Source of the DNA: Basidiobolus meristosporus CBS 931.73
Lineage: Eukaryota > Fungi > Basidiobolomycota
Assembly: GCA_002104905.1 (NCBI GenBank)
Contig: MCFE01000196.1
Coordinates: 1 to 64,000, forward strand
Length of the DNA stretch: 64,000 nt
Direction: 5' to 3'
Shown here: positions 24,280-36,221 of the stretch, piece after piece
How the letters are laid out: each line of letters opens with the position of its first letter
How positions within the stretch are numbered: the stretch's first letter is position 1
Made by a program: the position numbers and the translations under genes
Notes under the pieces: generated by a model
Told to the model about the DNA's origin: nothing
The model's input: only the letters and a program-made list of their open reading frames with translations
The model's database searches: none

Positions 24280-24285
24280 TATAAA
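24280..24285 (+). promoter_or_regulatory. TATA box of the 24376 gene
   Basis: TATAAA about 95 nt upstream of the ATG. Confidence 0.55.
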
Positions 24286-24375
24286 TGCCTCCGTTTCCCG
24301 ACAAGGCCCATTGTATATTTTCCTCGCTAGCCGAGAATCCAATCATCATCTATTTAGCCGGTTGCATCATTCGAC

Positions 24376-25169
24376 ATGATCGGTGTTCGCGTTCTCACTA
24401 TCGCCCTGGCCGCCCTTCTTGCCTTTGTTACCTTGAGTGAGGCTCACTCGTGGGTCGACTGCCTGGACTGGCGCTTCAAGGACTCCAAGAAGAAGAGCTT
24501 TGACGATAATGCTGGTGAATGTCGCGGATACGCCCGCCGTTTCCCCGTCAAGTACGGGAAGAATGGTCAAGTAACTCCCAAGAAGCCCTTCGGAACATTG
24601 GATAGTGACTGGCCGAATCGCCACTACAAACAATCTGAGCTGCACCCTGGTAGGTCCTCCAGCGCCACGTAGCTGTCGTTCAATATTCTTAACTCCCTTC
24701 CTTTATTAAAGATAACTGGCCTGCATGCTCAACCGGCAAGCGCTACAAGAACGGCGAGCACGAGGAGGTCGGATCCGACGAAACCCGTGCCTCCCCAGTC
24801 AGTAAAGCTTATGGTCAGAACAAGTGGGGCCGTATGACCATCAAGAAGGTTGGTCAACAACTTTGTGTGCGCTGGCCAGCCAAGACTCATCAGCATGAGC
24901 CCAACAACATCGTGTATATCAACATGCCACCAAAGCCCACTTCCAAGGATCCCACCCAGAAGGAGATGAACAAATGGACCATTGCCAAGTTGAACTACGG
25001 TAACTGCTTCTCTGGTGGCTCCGACAAGGCCCGTTGTGGGGGCTGCTTCAAGATTCCCAAGGATCGCAAGCCTGGAGAGTATCTCATTCAATGGAGATGG
25101 AAGTTGAATGGCAGCGATGGCAAGCCCGAGTGGTACACCTCCTGTGCTGATGTGAAGATTAACAAATGA
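24376..25169 (+). CDS. Secreted N-terminal-His protein, LPMO-like; join(24376..24649,24712..25169), 243 aa
   Basis: Signal peptide ends SEA and the mature chain starts HSWVDC. A GTAGGT...CTTAAC...AAG 62-nt intron restores the frame. Motifs GYARRFP, RWPAKTH, YLIQWRW and EWYTSCADV. Confidence 0.88.
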
Positions 25170-25297
25170 ACGTGAAGCCCTGTGTGTCACCAAAGACACC
25201 TGAATGCTCAACCCAGCATTAAATATAATCCAAATAAATTGATCCATATTTACTGCAGCAAAGGACTCGGTCATTTATTAAGAGATCAATTGGTTAC

Positions 25298-26562
25298 TTA
25301 AATTAGAGCGATGTCGGTGATGGGGGCGCATCTTCCAGGCAACTTTGGATCAGTGTTTGGCTCACACATCAATCCTTTGTCACAGAGGTCGATGTCGATC
25401 TTGTCGCTTGTGCATGAGGTATTGATCTAGCAACGATATTGGCAATCAGCAGACTTACTTCCGATTGATTGGAACTAGAAACCCTCCCTTACCTGGCCTT
25501 TACGAATGCATACACCAACATCGCTTCCTGGCCCCTTAACACACTCGAGGTTTGATGAGCAAATGGTGGAGCCTCCGCAAGCTGTACCTATCTGTGATGT
25601 GTCGTTAGGGCCAGCATGGCTGGTGCCGTTTTATTTTTCAGGACCTACCTCGCCTGGCCTTCTACAGGTTCCTCTTCCGTGTGACTTCTTCACACACTCT
25701 AATCCTGGAATACTATTTGGATTTAGTTGCAGCGAAAACGACTAGCCGGCAAGGTGGATGGAAATTACCATTCCAGTTGGCGTGGCCCGCCGCACGGCAA
25801 GCTTCTACCTCTGGTGAAGGCCCGCTGGTTTACAATGATTCGTTTATACGTGTGGTGTAGACCATTGATCTAGATGTACCAACCCTGGTGAACTTCTTGC
25901 AAATACCATAGCTATACTCGGATTTATCCTCCACCATGCAAGTTTCGTCTTGGCCACTATGCAGTCCAATGGTGAACAACAGCCAGCATTCTAAAGAGTC
26001 GAGCAAAATTACCATCGTAGAAGCTCTTCCCCGCCACACACTACAATCCCGAACCACTAAGTTATTTGAATCCAGGAAAATCCAATCCAAGGTCACTCAA
26101 CCTTTTCCCTCAGTTTTGGTGGCGCTTTGACAGGTGAAACCCTGTTCGTTTCCGGTCCTTAGACAATCGAGCCCAAGCCTGCAGGTGTAAACACTGCTTC
26201 TTGATGGATCACAGATGCTTCCTAGCTGAAAGATACCAGTAAGTAAACCTGGATCATCAGGCACCGGCCTCTAGATTCACCTCTCCAAATGTCAAGTCTG
26301 CCTTGGCACACGTTCCCGTAGCACCTGGGAGCTTCGAGGTAACTATGCAAAGTTCATTCGCCCCGCTTCGGCTCATTGTTAGTATCCGGGAGGCTGTCCA
26401 AAGAGCAGGCTACTTTTACCATGGAATGTTGCTCAAACCACCACATACTAGGTTACAAATGCTGTTTAGTCAACATGTGGTCAACCAAACGGATAGGACG
26501 TACGTACGTGTGCAGACCACTGAACCGCCACTTCCCAGAAGCATCAACACGTGCCATCTCAT
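25298..26562 (-). CDS. Secreted Cys-rich repeat protein, 10 exons, ~246 aa, six 4-Cys modules (not in the ORF track)
   Basis: Exons 26562-26508, 26447-26420, 26365-26281, 26225-26102, 26040-26013, 25956-25884, 25824-25769, 25712-25649, 25591-25493, 25426-25298. Nine GT-AG introns of 54-66 nt, all phases consistent. Repeated CGG-x-C-x3-L-x-C-x-G-x-C motif. Confidence 0.85.
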
Positions 26563-26881
26563 CTTACTTGGAGGGGAGGGATTGCCGGTGTGAGGGCGGA
26601 GGGGATATTTATTCCTTGCCTTCAAAACGGCCGTTCAAACAACGCATCATCTCGGATGGCTTTGGTGGGGTTGATTGGAGGATTTTATTTGTGGCAGTTT
26701 TGAGATATGATAGGTGTGTTTCAACAGAGGGGGATTCGATTACCTAAAAGACAATTAAGCGAGTTTGTACACCAAATCAAAAAATCGTTCTTCATTAGTT
26801 GGAACGAGAACGCGTTGCTGTGGTATAGACTCCTATAGCGTGGCGTAAAACTACGATGATGCTATATTCTCTCCCATGGAT

Positions 26882-27961
26882 TTACTGCTCCTCTTTCTCT
26901 TCAGTGGAGTGGGTGTAATCGAATGGATCCCCGAGGGCGACCTTGATGAGAAGCTTTCTGCCCTCCAAGGTGAGCTCCTTCTTCTCCTCCAACACCTTCT
27001 TTTGATCCTCTTCTTTCTCAAACTCTACGAAACCAAAGCCTTTGGAGCGGCCGGTTTTGGAGGTGACGATCAAAGATCTGGTGACCTTGGTGTCTGGGAA
27101 CAATCCCTCCAAGGCGGAGGTCTCTAGGTTGTAGGGTAGGTTGCCAATAAACAAGCTCTGGGTGGAGGGCGCTCCGAGGGGGGCCTTTGGCTTGCCTCCG
27201 AATCTACGACCGCGTCTAGCTCTAGGTCCTCTCTCGTCCTCATCAACCGATTGCTCGGATAAATCAAGGTTGCCTAGCTCCTCACTGACTTGTGAAACGC
27301 CATTCTCGGCATCGACATCGGCGCCGGCTTCGTTGGTGGCGTCGCGTTTGTTGGAGAATCGGCGGGGCGCCTTGGAGCTCTATAACCAAAGTGTTAGCCA
27401 GGTCTCCATGCCCACTCATACATATGGTCCGGTAGTTACCAATACAACTTCGTCTTCGTTCGCGCCACGTCCTCTACCTCTACCTGCTCCACGTCCACGC
27501 TTGGCTCTTCCGCGTCCACGAGCTCCCTTTTTACCCTCACCAGAGGCCTCGTTTTCCTCACCTTCGTTGACGTGGTTCTCATCCTTGCTTGGTTCAGGTT
27601 CACGTTTGATGGGGCGGGCGAGTTCTACCTTGAGCACTCTACCGTCCAACTCGGACTTGTCCTTTTCACTGACGGCCTTTTGGGCATCATCTAATTTTTC
27701 GAAGCTAATGAAGCCATAGCCTAGAGAGCGTTTACCGCGGGTAAGAATGGTGGCTTCGCTGCTATAGGGAGAAGGGAAGGGTGTGAGATCAGCTGGTGGC
27801 TATGGGGGTGAAAGTGGGCTAGCCAAGAGCGCTTACATGGGGCCGAAACTATCGAAAGCGGCCTTCAGCTCTTCTTGGGTGGTCTGGAAGGGCAAGTTGC
27901 CGATGAACACTTTGGTGCTTTGCTCGTTGTGGAGCACTTCTGGTTGACTCTCTTCGGACAT
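26882..27961 (-). CDS. RRM-RGG-RRM RNA-binding protein (Sbp1-like architecture); exons 27961-27837, 27761-27440, 27379-26882; 314 aa
   Basis: RNP2 VFIGNLP and LFIGNLP, RNP1 RSLGYGFISF and RSKGFGFVEF, central GRGRAKRGRGAGRGRGRG, canonical introns of 75 and 60 nt. Confidence 0.93.
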
Positions 27962-28496
27962 GGTGAAGTGAACTTTACACTAAGGGGGCTGAGATTACTA
28001 ACGTTTGAACGGATATTTCCAAAATACCTCTCCTGCCGACTCGTCACTTTCCAATTTACCTTACCGCACTCCTATTGACCCTGGCCTGGTCTACGTACGC
28101 ATCCCACGCGATCTCCCATATTTCCCCTGGCATTCGTAATCGAAGAGTGGCTTTCGAATAACATCCATATCGATGGCCAATCCGATATTTTCCCCGTCCA
28201 AAAGTGGATCCCTGATTTCGTCATCCACTCGATGGGAAGGCGCATAATTAACCCCCAATTTACCCATAATAAACCACGTTGATTGATTGGGATTCGGTGG
28301 AAAATTCCCCTATCCCTCACTAGTCCGCATAATTGTCACGATATTCTCTGGAGACCAATCGTCTTCAATCAAACGGATGTGTTTATTTTGGGCTTAGTTA
28401 ATCCACCGTGCTAGACATTTTAGTCATTTACTGGATGCCAAGTGGGTTTACAATAGCATTAGCAGAATAAATATTATAGGTTGCAGTGCAGATAAA

Positions 28497-29783
28497 CTAA
28501 ATCATGGTTTCAGCTAGACTCTTTTGGCCCATCTTGACAAATCTGGGATAGGTGTATCGGAACATCAAGGTGCGGACCTCGCTGAATGCCCTGTCAAAGA
28601 TGTCCAGGCGGATGTCGTTGGACTGGAACCTACGCCGGATCTCTCGCACCGCTGATGCTTCGAGGTTCAGCTCGAACTCTGAGTCAGCCGAGATGAAGGT
28701 GTTGTAGATGCTGTTGATCTCGAGTATCACCCAGGTGGGAAGTTCCGCTGCACTCGAGAGTTCTCGTGTCTTGTAGCGAAGCTTCTGGATGCGCTCGAAG
28801 AACAGAGCATTCTCCACACTGAAGTCACGGAGGGAGAACCGCTTGAACACCTCGAACTGCTGCGGATCCTCGACCATCGACTCGAATGAGGCCATGCTGG
28901 AGCTTCTGCTGCCTCCAGCACCGCCTCGGAGTGCATTGACGGCTGGGAGAACAATGCTGAAGCAGTGGCTGATCATCAAGGCGACCACACTCCAGTGGGC
29001 AGCCGGGAAGATCTTGATCACATCTCTGAGTGATGGCAGTGCAGCGAACAGGATGTACAGGATGAAGGCGATCACACCCAGGGTGAAGTCGGCCATGAGC
29101 TCACGCTTGATTCCGTAGGCATCATCGACACCACGGAGCCAGGTGATGAAGAGAGGGCACAACACGAACACATAGAAGGCGGAGGTGAGGTAGACAGGGA
29201 TGAACTCCCAGCCAACCAGGCAGTTCCCCAAGGCCATGGTCGGGGTGATCTGGAACTTGGTGGTGAACGCTTGGACCAGCAGGGTGAGGGCCATCTGGAA
29301 GGACAAGGCACCGATGATCAGTCGGACAATGTAGTTTGTGGTGAACTTCTCGCGGTGCTTGTAGTACCAGTTCTCATCCAGGACCATGGTAGGTGCGGAG
29401 GTGATGGTGGGTTTCTCTGAGCCGAGATCCACATAGTGATCCGCGCTGGAGCCAGCCACTAGTTTGGCCTGGCTGAAATGGTACAGGAAGGCAAGTCGCA
29501 TGAACCGACCAGCGACCGAGGTGAGCCACAGCGGCATACCAATGGACGAGACCCAGATGTTGACAAAGCAAGGGAAGCTGTCGTAGGTCGGCTCTCGCCC
29601 GAGATAGAGAGTGGTGACCAGCGAGTTACCGATCACCATGAACACCGAGAGGGTGATACTGCGGTAGCGAATGGCCGGCGACTGATACTGGGAGATGAAC
29701 AGGAACGTGGTGGAAATGAGGAAGAAGTTCCACCCAATGGTTACCGGGTAATAGAACTTCTGGGATGTTGTCCAGTTATCCAT
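28497..29783 (-). CDS. 7TM-RGS protein (GprK/AtRGS1-like architecture), copy 1, 428 aa
   Basis: Seven hydrophobic segments and DAYGIKRE, then an RGS box: FKRFSLRDFSVENALF, IYNTFI..SEFELNL, FDRAFSEV..LM...YPRF. Confidence 0.95.
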   Translation of the reverse strand: MDNWTTSQKFYYPVTIGWNFFLISTTFLFISQYQSPAIRYRSITLSVFMVIGNSLVTTLYLGREPTYDSFPCFVNIWVSSIGMPLWLTSVAGRFMRLAFLYHFSQAKLVAGSSADHYVDLGSEKPTITSAPTMVLDENWYYKHREKFTTNYIVRLIIGALSFQMALTLLVQAFTTKFQITPTMALGNCLVGWEFIPVYLTSAFYVFVLCPLFITWLRGVDDAYGIKRELMADFTLGVIAFILYILFAALPSLRDVIKIFPAAHWSVVALMISHCFSIVLPAVNALRGGAGGSRSSSMASFESMVEDPQQFEVFKRFSLRDFSVENALFFERIQKLRYKTRELSSAAELPTWVILEINSIYNTFISADSEFELNLEASAVREIRRRFQSNDIRLDIFDRAFSEVRTLMFRYTYPRFVKMGQKSLAETMI

Positions 29784-30545
29784 TAGTGAGCCAGATATTT
29801 TGGAGACTACTGTGTATAGGAGGATGTAATGTATTTGTGATATTGCAGACATTCCGGTCATCGAGCTTTCTTGTATAGTACGTTAGATTAGAGTATGGAG
29901 TTCACTGCAGGAGCCATCGTGAACGCATAGTATTACTTCGTTCGGCAGGGCACCCTCACAGAAGCTGGGGTCGTTGTACACTGATTTAATCGGGTGGTGG
30001 AGTACCATTCTAACTCGGATTGAGGAAATTACGACCACTTTGAAGGCAAATGTATCACTTGTCCGCGCTTTAGTACATATGATCAAATCAGTCGAATTTG
30101 TTTTATCTTGGAATGAATCTGTAAGAAATGATCCGTTACGCACAACTGCCATGATTCGATTTTCAACTGGGAATTCGCTACCCCGCAATTATTTCGACTC
30201 TTTTCTGCACTCTACGGAGCGGGTCTTAATTTCCCTGAACACATAGATCAGATGACTTCAAATTTGGGAATTAACCTACGCACCACACATGCAACTCTGC
30301 GTGGAGCAGATAATATAGGCGTCGTGCAGCCCAACGCACTTCGGAGTAGCCACCGAGGCATAGTAGGGAGAACTCCGCTTTGCTCTACGTCTGTTTTCTT
30401 TGGCTTTGGATGTACACTTCACCGGTGCGCATTATCTACCCTGCATTGCTTGGTATCTCCAGCTCGATCTGCTTGGTATAAATTCATTTTCGATGCCCAG
30501 ACTGTTCGTACACAACTACCGCAGTCAACTAGTTTTCGATAAGCA

Positions 30546-31833
30546 ATGGACAGCTGGACTACATCCCAGAAATTCTATTACCCGGTAACCATTGGGTGGA
30601 ACTTCTTCCTCATTTCCACCACATTCCTGTTCATCTCTCAGTATCAGTCGCCGGCCATTCGCTACCGCAGTATCACCCTCTCGGTGTTCATGGTGATCGG
30701 TAACTCGCTGGTCACCACTCTCTATCTCGGGCGAGAGCCGACCTACAACAGCTTCCCCTGCTTTGTCAACATCTGGGTCTCGTCCATTGGTATGCCGCTG
30801 TGGCTCACCTCGGTCGCTGGTCGGTTCATGCGACTTGCCTTCCTGTACCATTTCAGCCAGGCCAAACTAGTGGCTGGCTCCAGCGCGGATCACTATGTGG
30901 ATCTCGGCTCAGAGAAACCCACCATCACCTCCGCACCTACCATGGTCCTGGATGAGAACTGGTACTACAAGCACCGCGAGAAGTTCACCACAAACTACAT
31001 TGTCCGACTGATCATCGGTGCGTTGTCCTTCCAGATGGCCCTCACCCTGCTGGTCCAAGCGTTCACCACCAAGTTCCAGATCACCCCGACCATGGCCTTG
31101 GGGAACTGCCTGGTTGGCTGGGAGTTCATCCCTGTCTACCTCACCTCCGCCTTCTATGTGTTCGTGCTGTGCCCTCTGTTCATCACCTGGCTCCGTGGTG
31201 TCGATGATGCCTACGGAATCAAGCGTGAGCTCATGGCCGACTTCACCCTGGGTGTGATTGCCTTCATCCTGTACATCCTATTCGCTGCACTGCCATCACT
31301 CAGAGATGTGATCAAGATCTTCCCAGCTGCCCACTGGAGTGTGGTCGCCTTGATGATCAGCCACTGCTTCAGCATTGTTCTCCCAGCCGTCAATGCACTC
31401 CGAGGCGGGGCTGGAGGCAGCAGAAGCTCCAGCATGGCCTCATTCGAGTCGATGGTCGAGGATCCGCAGCAGTTCGAGGTGTTCAAGCGGTTCTCCCTCC
31501 GTGACTTCAGTGTGGAGAATGCTCTGTTCTTCGAGCGCATCCAGAAGCTTCGCTACAAGACACGAGAACTCTCGAGTGCAGCGGAACTTCCCACCTGGGT
31601 GATACTCGAGATCAACAGCATCTACAACACCTTCATCTCGGCTGACTCAGAGTTCGAGCTGAACCTCGAAGCATCAGCGGTGCGAGAGATCCGTCGTAGG
31701 TTCCAGTCCAACGACATCCGCCTGGACATCTTTGACAGGGCATTCAGCGAGGTCCGCACCATTGATGTTCCGATACACCTATCCCAGATTTGTCAAGATG
31801 GGCCAAAAGAGCCTTGCCGAAACAATGATCTAA
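30546..31833 (+). CDS. 7TM-RGS copy 2 (inverted), +1 frameshift at 31761 near the C-terminus
   Basis: Near-identical to copy 1. It has CGCACCATTG versus CGCACCTTG. The normal end KSLAETMI-TAA is present in the shifted frame. Confidence 0.85.
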
Positions 31834-32335
31834 TAACTCCCTTACATATTGTATTCCAACACATACCATATCTTTTTAATAAAATCTTAATGACACTATC
31901 CACTGAAACGATGAGGAATGAGGAATAGCAATTTCATATTTTAATATAAGCTACGCTACACTGGCATATGAATATATAAGTGAATTGAGAGTACAGTGTC
32001 ATACGCCATCAGGTATTATTGTTTCGGTATGAGGTGTGCCAATCCAAATATAGGTAGGAATCCATCGGACTAGCGCAAACGGATTTGTGACAAAACTGGG
32101 TTAGTAGTGCACTGCTTCATGATATCCTGACATGGACTAATACTTTGCAACGAGGAGATTGAAATGATTCTATAGCGTTAGGCACGCTTCCAATCACTTA
32201 ACCATCAACCATTCCAAATTTTTAAGACATCCATCGATTTTACAAATTTTTTATTATTTGAAATAAGTTAATTAGCCTAGAACGTCAGGCGGAATAAATA
32301 GGTAAATAGAAGTGGTAATGGCCAATGGAGCTACT

Positions 32336-33623
32336 TTAAATCATGGTTTCAGCTAGACTCTTCTGCCCCATCTTGACAAATCTGGGATAGGTGTATCGGA
32401 ACATCAAGGTGCGGACCTCACTGAATGCCCTGTCAAAGATGTCCAGGCGGATGTCGTTGGACTGGAACCTACGCCGGATCTCTCGCACCGCTGATGCTTC
32501 GAGGTTCAGCTCGAACTCTGAGTCAGCGGAGATGAAGGTGTTGTAGATGCTGTTGATCTCGAGTATCACCCAGGTGGGAAGTTCCGCTGCACTCGAGAGT
32601 TCTCGTGTCTTGTAGCGAAGCTTCTGGATGCGCTCGAAGAACAGAGCATTCTCCACACTGAAGTCACGGAGGGAGAACCGCTTGAACACCTCGAACTGCT
32701 GTGGATCCTCGACCATCGACTCGAATGAGGCCATGCTGGAGCTTCTGCTGCCTCCAGCCCCACCTCGGAGTGCATTGACGGCTGGGAGAACAATGCTGAA
32801 GCAGTGGCTGATCATCAAGGCGACCACACTCCAGTGGGCAGCTGGGAAGATCTTGATCACATCTCTGAGTGATGGCAGTGCAGCGAACAGGATGTACAGG
32901 ATGAAGGCAATCACACCCAGGGTGAAGTCGGCCATGAGCTCACGCTTGATTCCGTAGGCATCGTCGACACCACGGAGCCAGGTGATGAACAGAGGGCACA
33001 GCACGAACACATAGAAGGCGGAGGTGAGGTAGACAGGGATGAACTCCCAACCAACCAGGCAGTTCCCCAAGGCCATGGTCGGGGTGATCTGGAACTTGGT
33101 GGTGAACGCTTGGACCAGCAGGGTGAGGGCCATCTGGAAGGACAAGGCACCGATGATCAGTCGGACAATGTAGTTTGTGGTGAACTTCTCACGGTGCTTG
33201 TAGTACCAGTTCTCATCCAGGACCATGGTAGGTGAGGAGGTGATGGTGGGTTTCTCTGAGCCGAGATCCACATAATGATCCGCGCTGGAGCCAGCCACTA
33301 GTTTGGCCTGGCTGAAAGTGGTACAGGAAGGCAAGTCGCATGAACCGACCAGCGACCGAGGTGAGCCACAGCGGCATACCAATGGATGAGACCCAGATGT
33401 TGACAAAGCAAGGGAAGCTGTCGTAGGTCGGCTCTCGCCCGAGATAGAGAGTGGTGACCAGCGAGTTACCGATCACCATGAACACCGAGAGGGTGATACT
33501 GCGGTAGCGAATGGCCGGCGACTGATACTGGGAGATGAACAGGAACGTGGTGGAAATGAGGAAGAAGTTCCACCCAATGGTTACCGGGTAATAGAACTTC
33601 TGGGATGTGGTCCAATTATCCAT
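32336..33623 (-). CDS. 7TM-RGS copy 3, +1 frameshift near 33316
   Basis: Split across ORFs 33213-33623 and 32336-33406. It has GCTGAAAGTGG versus GCTGAAATGG or GCTGAAGTGG in other copies. Confidence 0.85.
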
Positions 33624-34277
33624 TACGAAGCCAATTTCAACAAAGTGAAGTGCTGATGGTGGAAACGAATTTCAAGTGTGGACAATTGATTAGCAGTGCG
33701 TTATGGCCATCCTACGGGCCATCCACCACTCTTAAATATCATGACTAATGGATGCCTTTACATATATGCAGGAGATCAGTTCTTGCTAGCGTTATTACCT
33801 CTTGATGCATGTGCATATACTCGGTAATTATAGGATGCCAGGATTGATTTCGCCCTACCTATGGCTTGGAATTGTCCTTCCTGTTTCTCGGTACGCACAA
33901 CGTGTCGGGACCAAGTGTATGATCGAATATCACTAGTCCATTAGGGGAATTTATTCTCGTTAAAACCGGTGTCAGTGGTCTCTTTATATATTCTTTTGGT
34001 AGCGAATATCTGTCGATTGCAAATGCTTCGAAGGTGATTTTTCAAACGTAGAGATCGAATTCTTTGTGTGGGCATTTGCCATTTTGATTTGATTAGTGAT
34101 TATTCAGGATTATACTCGGCATTAAAGCATATGGCACCGTCATCAAATATCACAACCAGGCGGTTTATTTTTAAGCTGATCCAAACATAACATGTATTCT
34201 CCTTTTCCATAATATTGATCGCTATTATAATGAAGTGGGAGGTGTAAATTAAATTATATAAAAGTGGAGGATTATTC
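33624..34277. repeat. Intergenic spacer tandemly duplicated at 35566-36221 (unit about 1.94 kb: gene plus spacer)
   Basis: The two spacers are nearly base-for-base identical. Confidence 0.95.
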
Positions 34278-35565
34278 TTAATCATGGTTTCAGCTAGACT
34301 CTTCTGTCCCATCTTGACAAATCTGGGATAGGTGTATCGGAACATCAAGGTGCGGACCTCGCTGAATGCCCTGTCAAAGATGTCCAGGCGGATGTCGTTG
34401 GACTGGAACCTACGACGGATCTCTCGCACCGCTGATGCTTCGAGGTTCAGCTCGAACTCTGAGTCAGCCGAGATGAAGGTGTTGTAGATGCTGTTGATCT
34501 CGAGTATCACCCAGGTGGGAAGTTCCGCTGCACTCGAGAGTTCTCGTGTCCTGTGGCGAAGCTTCTGGATGCGCTCGAAGAACAGAGCATTCTCCACACT
34601 GAAGTCACGGAGGGAGAATCGCTTGAACACCTCGAACTGCTGCGGATCCTCGACCATCGACTCGAATGAGGCCATGCTGGAGCTTTCTGCTGCCTCCAGC
34701 CCCACCTCGGAGTGCGATTGACGGCTGGGAGAACAATGCTGAAGCAGTGGCTGATCATCAAGGCGACCACACTCCAGTGGGCAGCTGGGAAGATCTTGAT
34801 CACATCTCTGAGTGATGGTAGTGCAGCGAATAGGATGTACAGGATGAAGGCAATCACACCCAGGGTGAAGTCGGCCATGAGCTCACGCTTGATTCCGTAG
34901 GCATCGTCGACACCACGGAGCCAGGTGATGAACAGAGGGCACAGCACGAACACATAAAAGGCGGAGGTGAGGTAGACAGGGATGAACTCCCAGCCAACCA
35001 GGCAGTTCCCCAAGGCCATGGTCGGGGTGATCTGGAACTTGGTGGTGAACGCTTGGACCAGCAGGGTGAGGGCCATCTGGAAGGACAACGCACCGATGAT
35101 CAGTCGGACAATGTAGTTTGTGGTGAACTTCTCGCGGTGCTTGTAGTACCAGTTCTCATCCAGGACCATGGTAGGTGAGGAGGTGATGGTGGGTTTCTCT
35201 GAGCCGAGATCCACATAGTGATCCGTGCTGGAGCCAGCCACTAGTTTGGCCTGGCTGAAGTGGTACAGGAAGGCAAGTCGCATGAACCGACCAGCAACCG
35301 AGGTGAGCCACAGCGGCATACCAATGGACGAGACCCAGATGTTGACAAAGCAAGGGAAGCTGTCGTAGGTCGGCTCTCGCCCGAGATAGAGAGTGGTGAC
35401 CAGCGAGTTACCGATCACCATGAACACCGAGAGGGTGATACTGCGGTAGCGAATGGCTGGCGACTGATACTGAGAGATGAACAGGAACGTGGTGGAAATG
35501 AGGAAGAAGTTCCACCCAATGGTTACCGGGTAATAGAACTTCTGGGATGTAGTCCAATTATCCAT
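34278..35565 (-). CDS. 7TM-RGS copy 4, three 1-bp indels (near 34279, 34685, 34716)
   Basis: Near-identical to the other copies. Indels fall in homopolymers or at positions polymorphic between copies. Confidence 0.8.
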
Positions 35566-36221
35566 TACGAAGCCAATTTCAACAAAGTGAAGTGCTGATG
35601 GTGGAAACGAATTTCAAGTGTGGACAATTGATTAGCAGTGCGTTATGGCCATCCTACGGGCCATCCACCACTCTTAAATATCATGACTAATGGATGCCTT
35701 TACATATATGCAGGAGATCAGTTCTTGCTAGCGTTATTACCTCTTGATGCATGTGCATATACTCGGTAATTATAGGATGCCAGGATTGCTTTCGCCCTAC
35801 CTATGGCTTGGAATTGTCCTTCCTGTTTCTCGGTACGCACAACGTGTCGGGACCAAGTGTATGATCGAATATCACTAGTCCATTAGGGGAATTTATTCTC
35901 GTTAAAACCGGTGTCAGTGGTCTCTTTATATATTCTTTTGGTAGCGAATATCTGTCGATTGCAAATGCTTCGAAGGTGATTTTTCAAACGTAGAGATCGA
36001 ATTCTTTGTGTGGGCATTTGCCATTTTGATTTGATTAGTGATTATTCAGGATTATACTCGGCATTAAAGCATATGGCACCGTCATCAAATATCACAACCA
36101 GGCCGGTTTATTTTTAAGCTGATCCAAACATAACATGTATTCTCCTTTTCCATAATATTGATCGCTATTATAATGAAGTGGGAGGTGTAAATTAAATTAT
36201 ATAAAAGTGGAGGGATTATTC

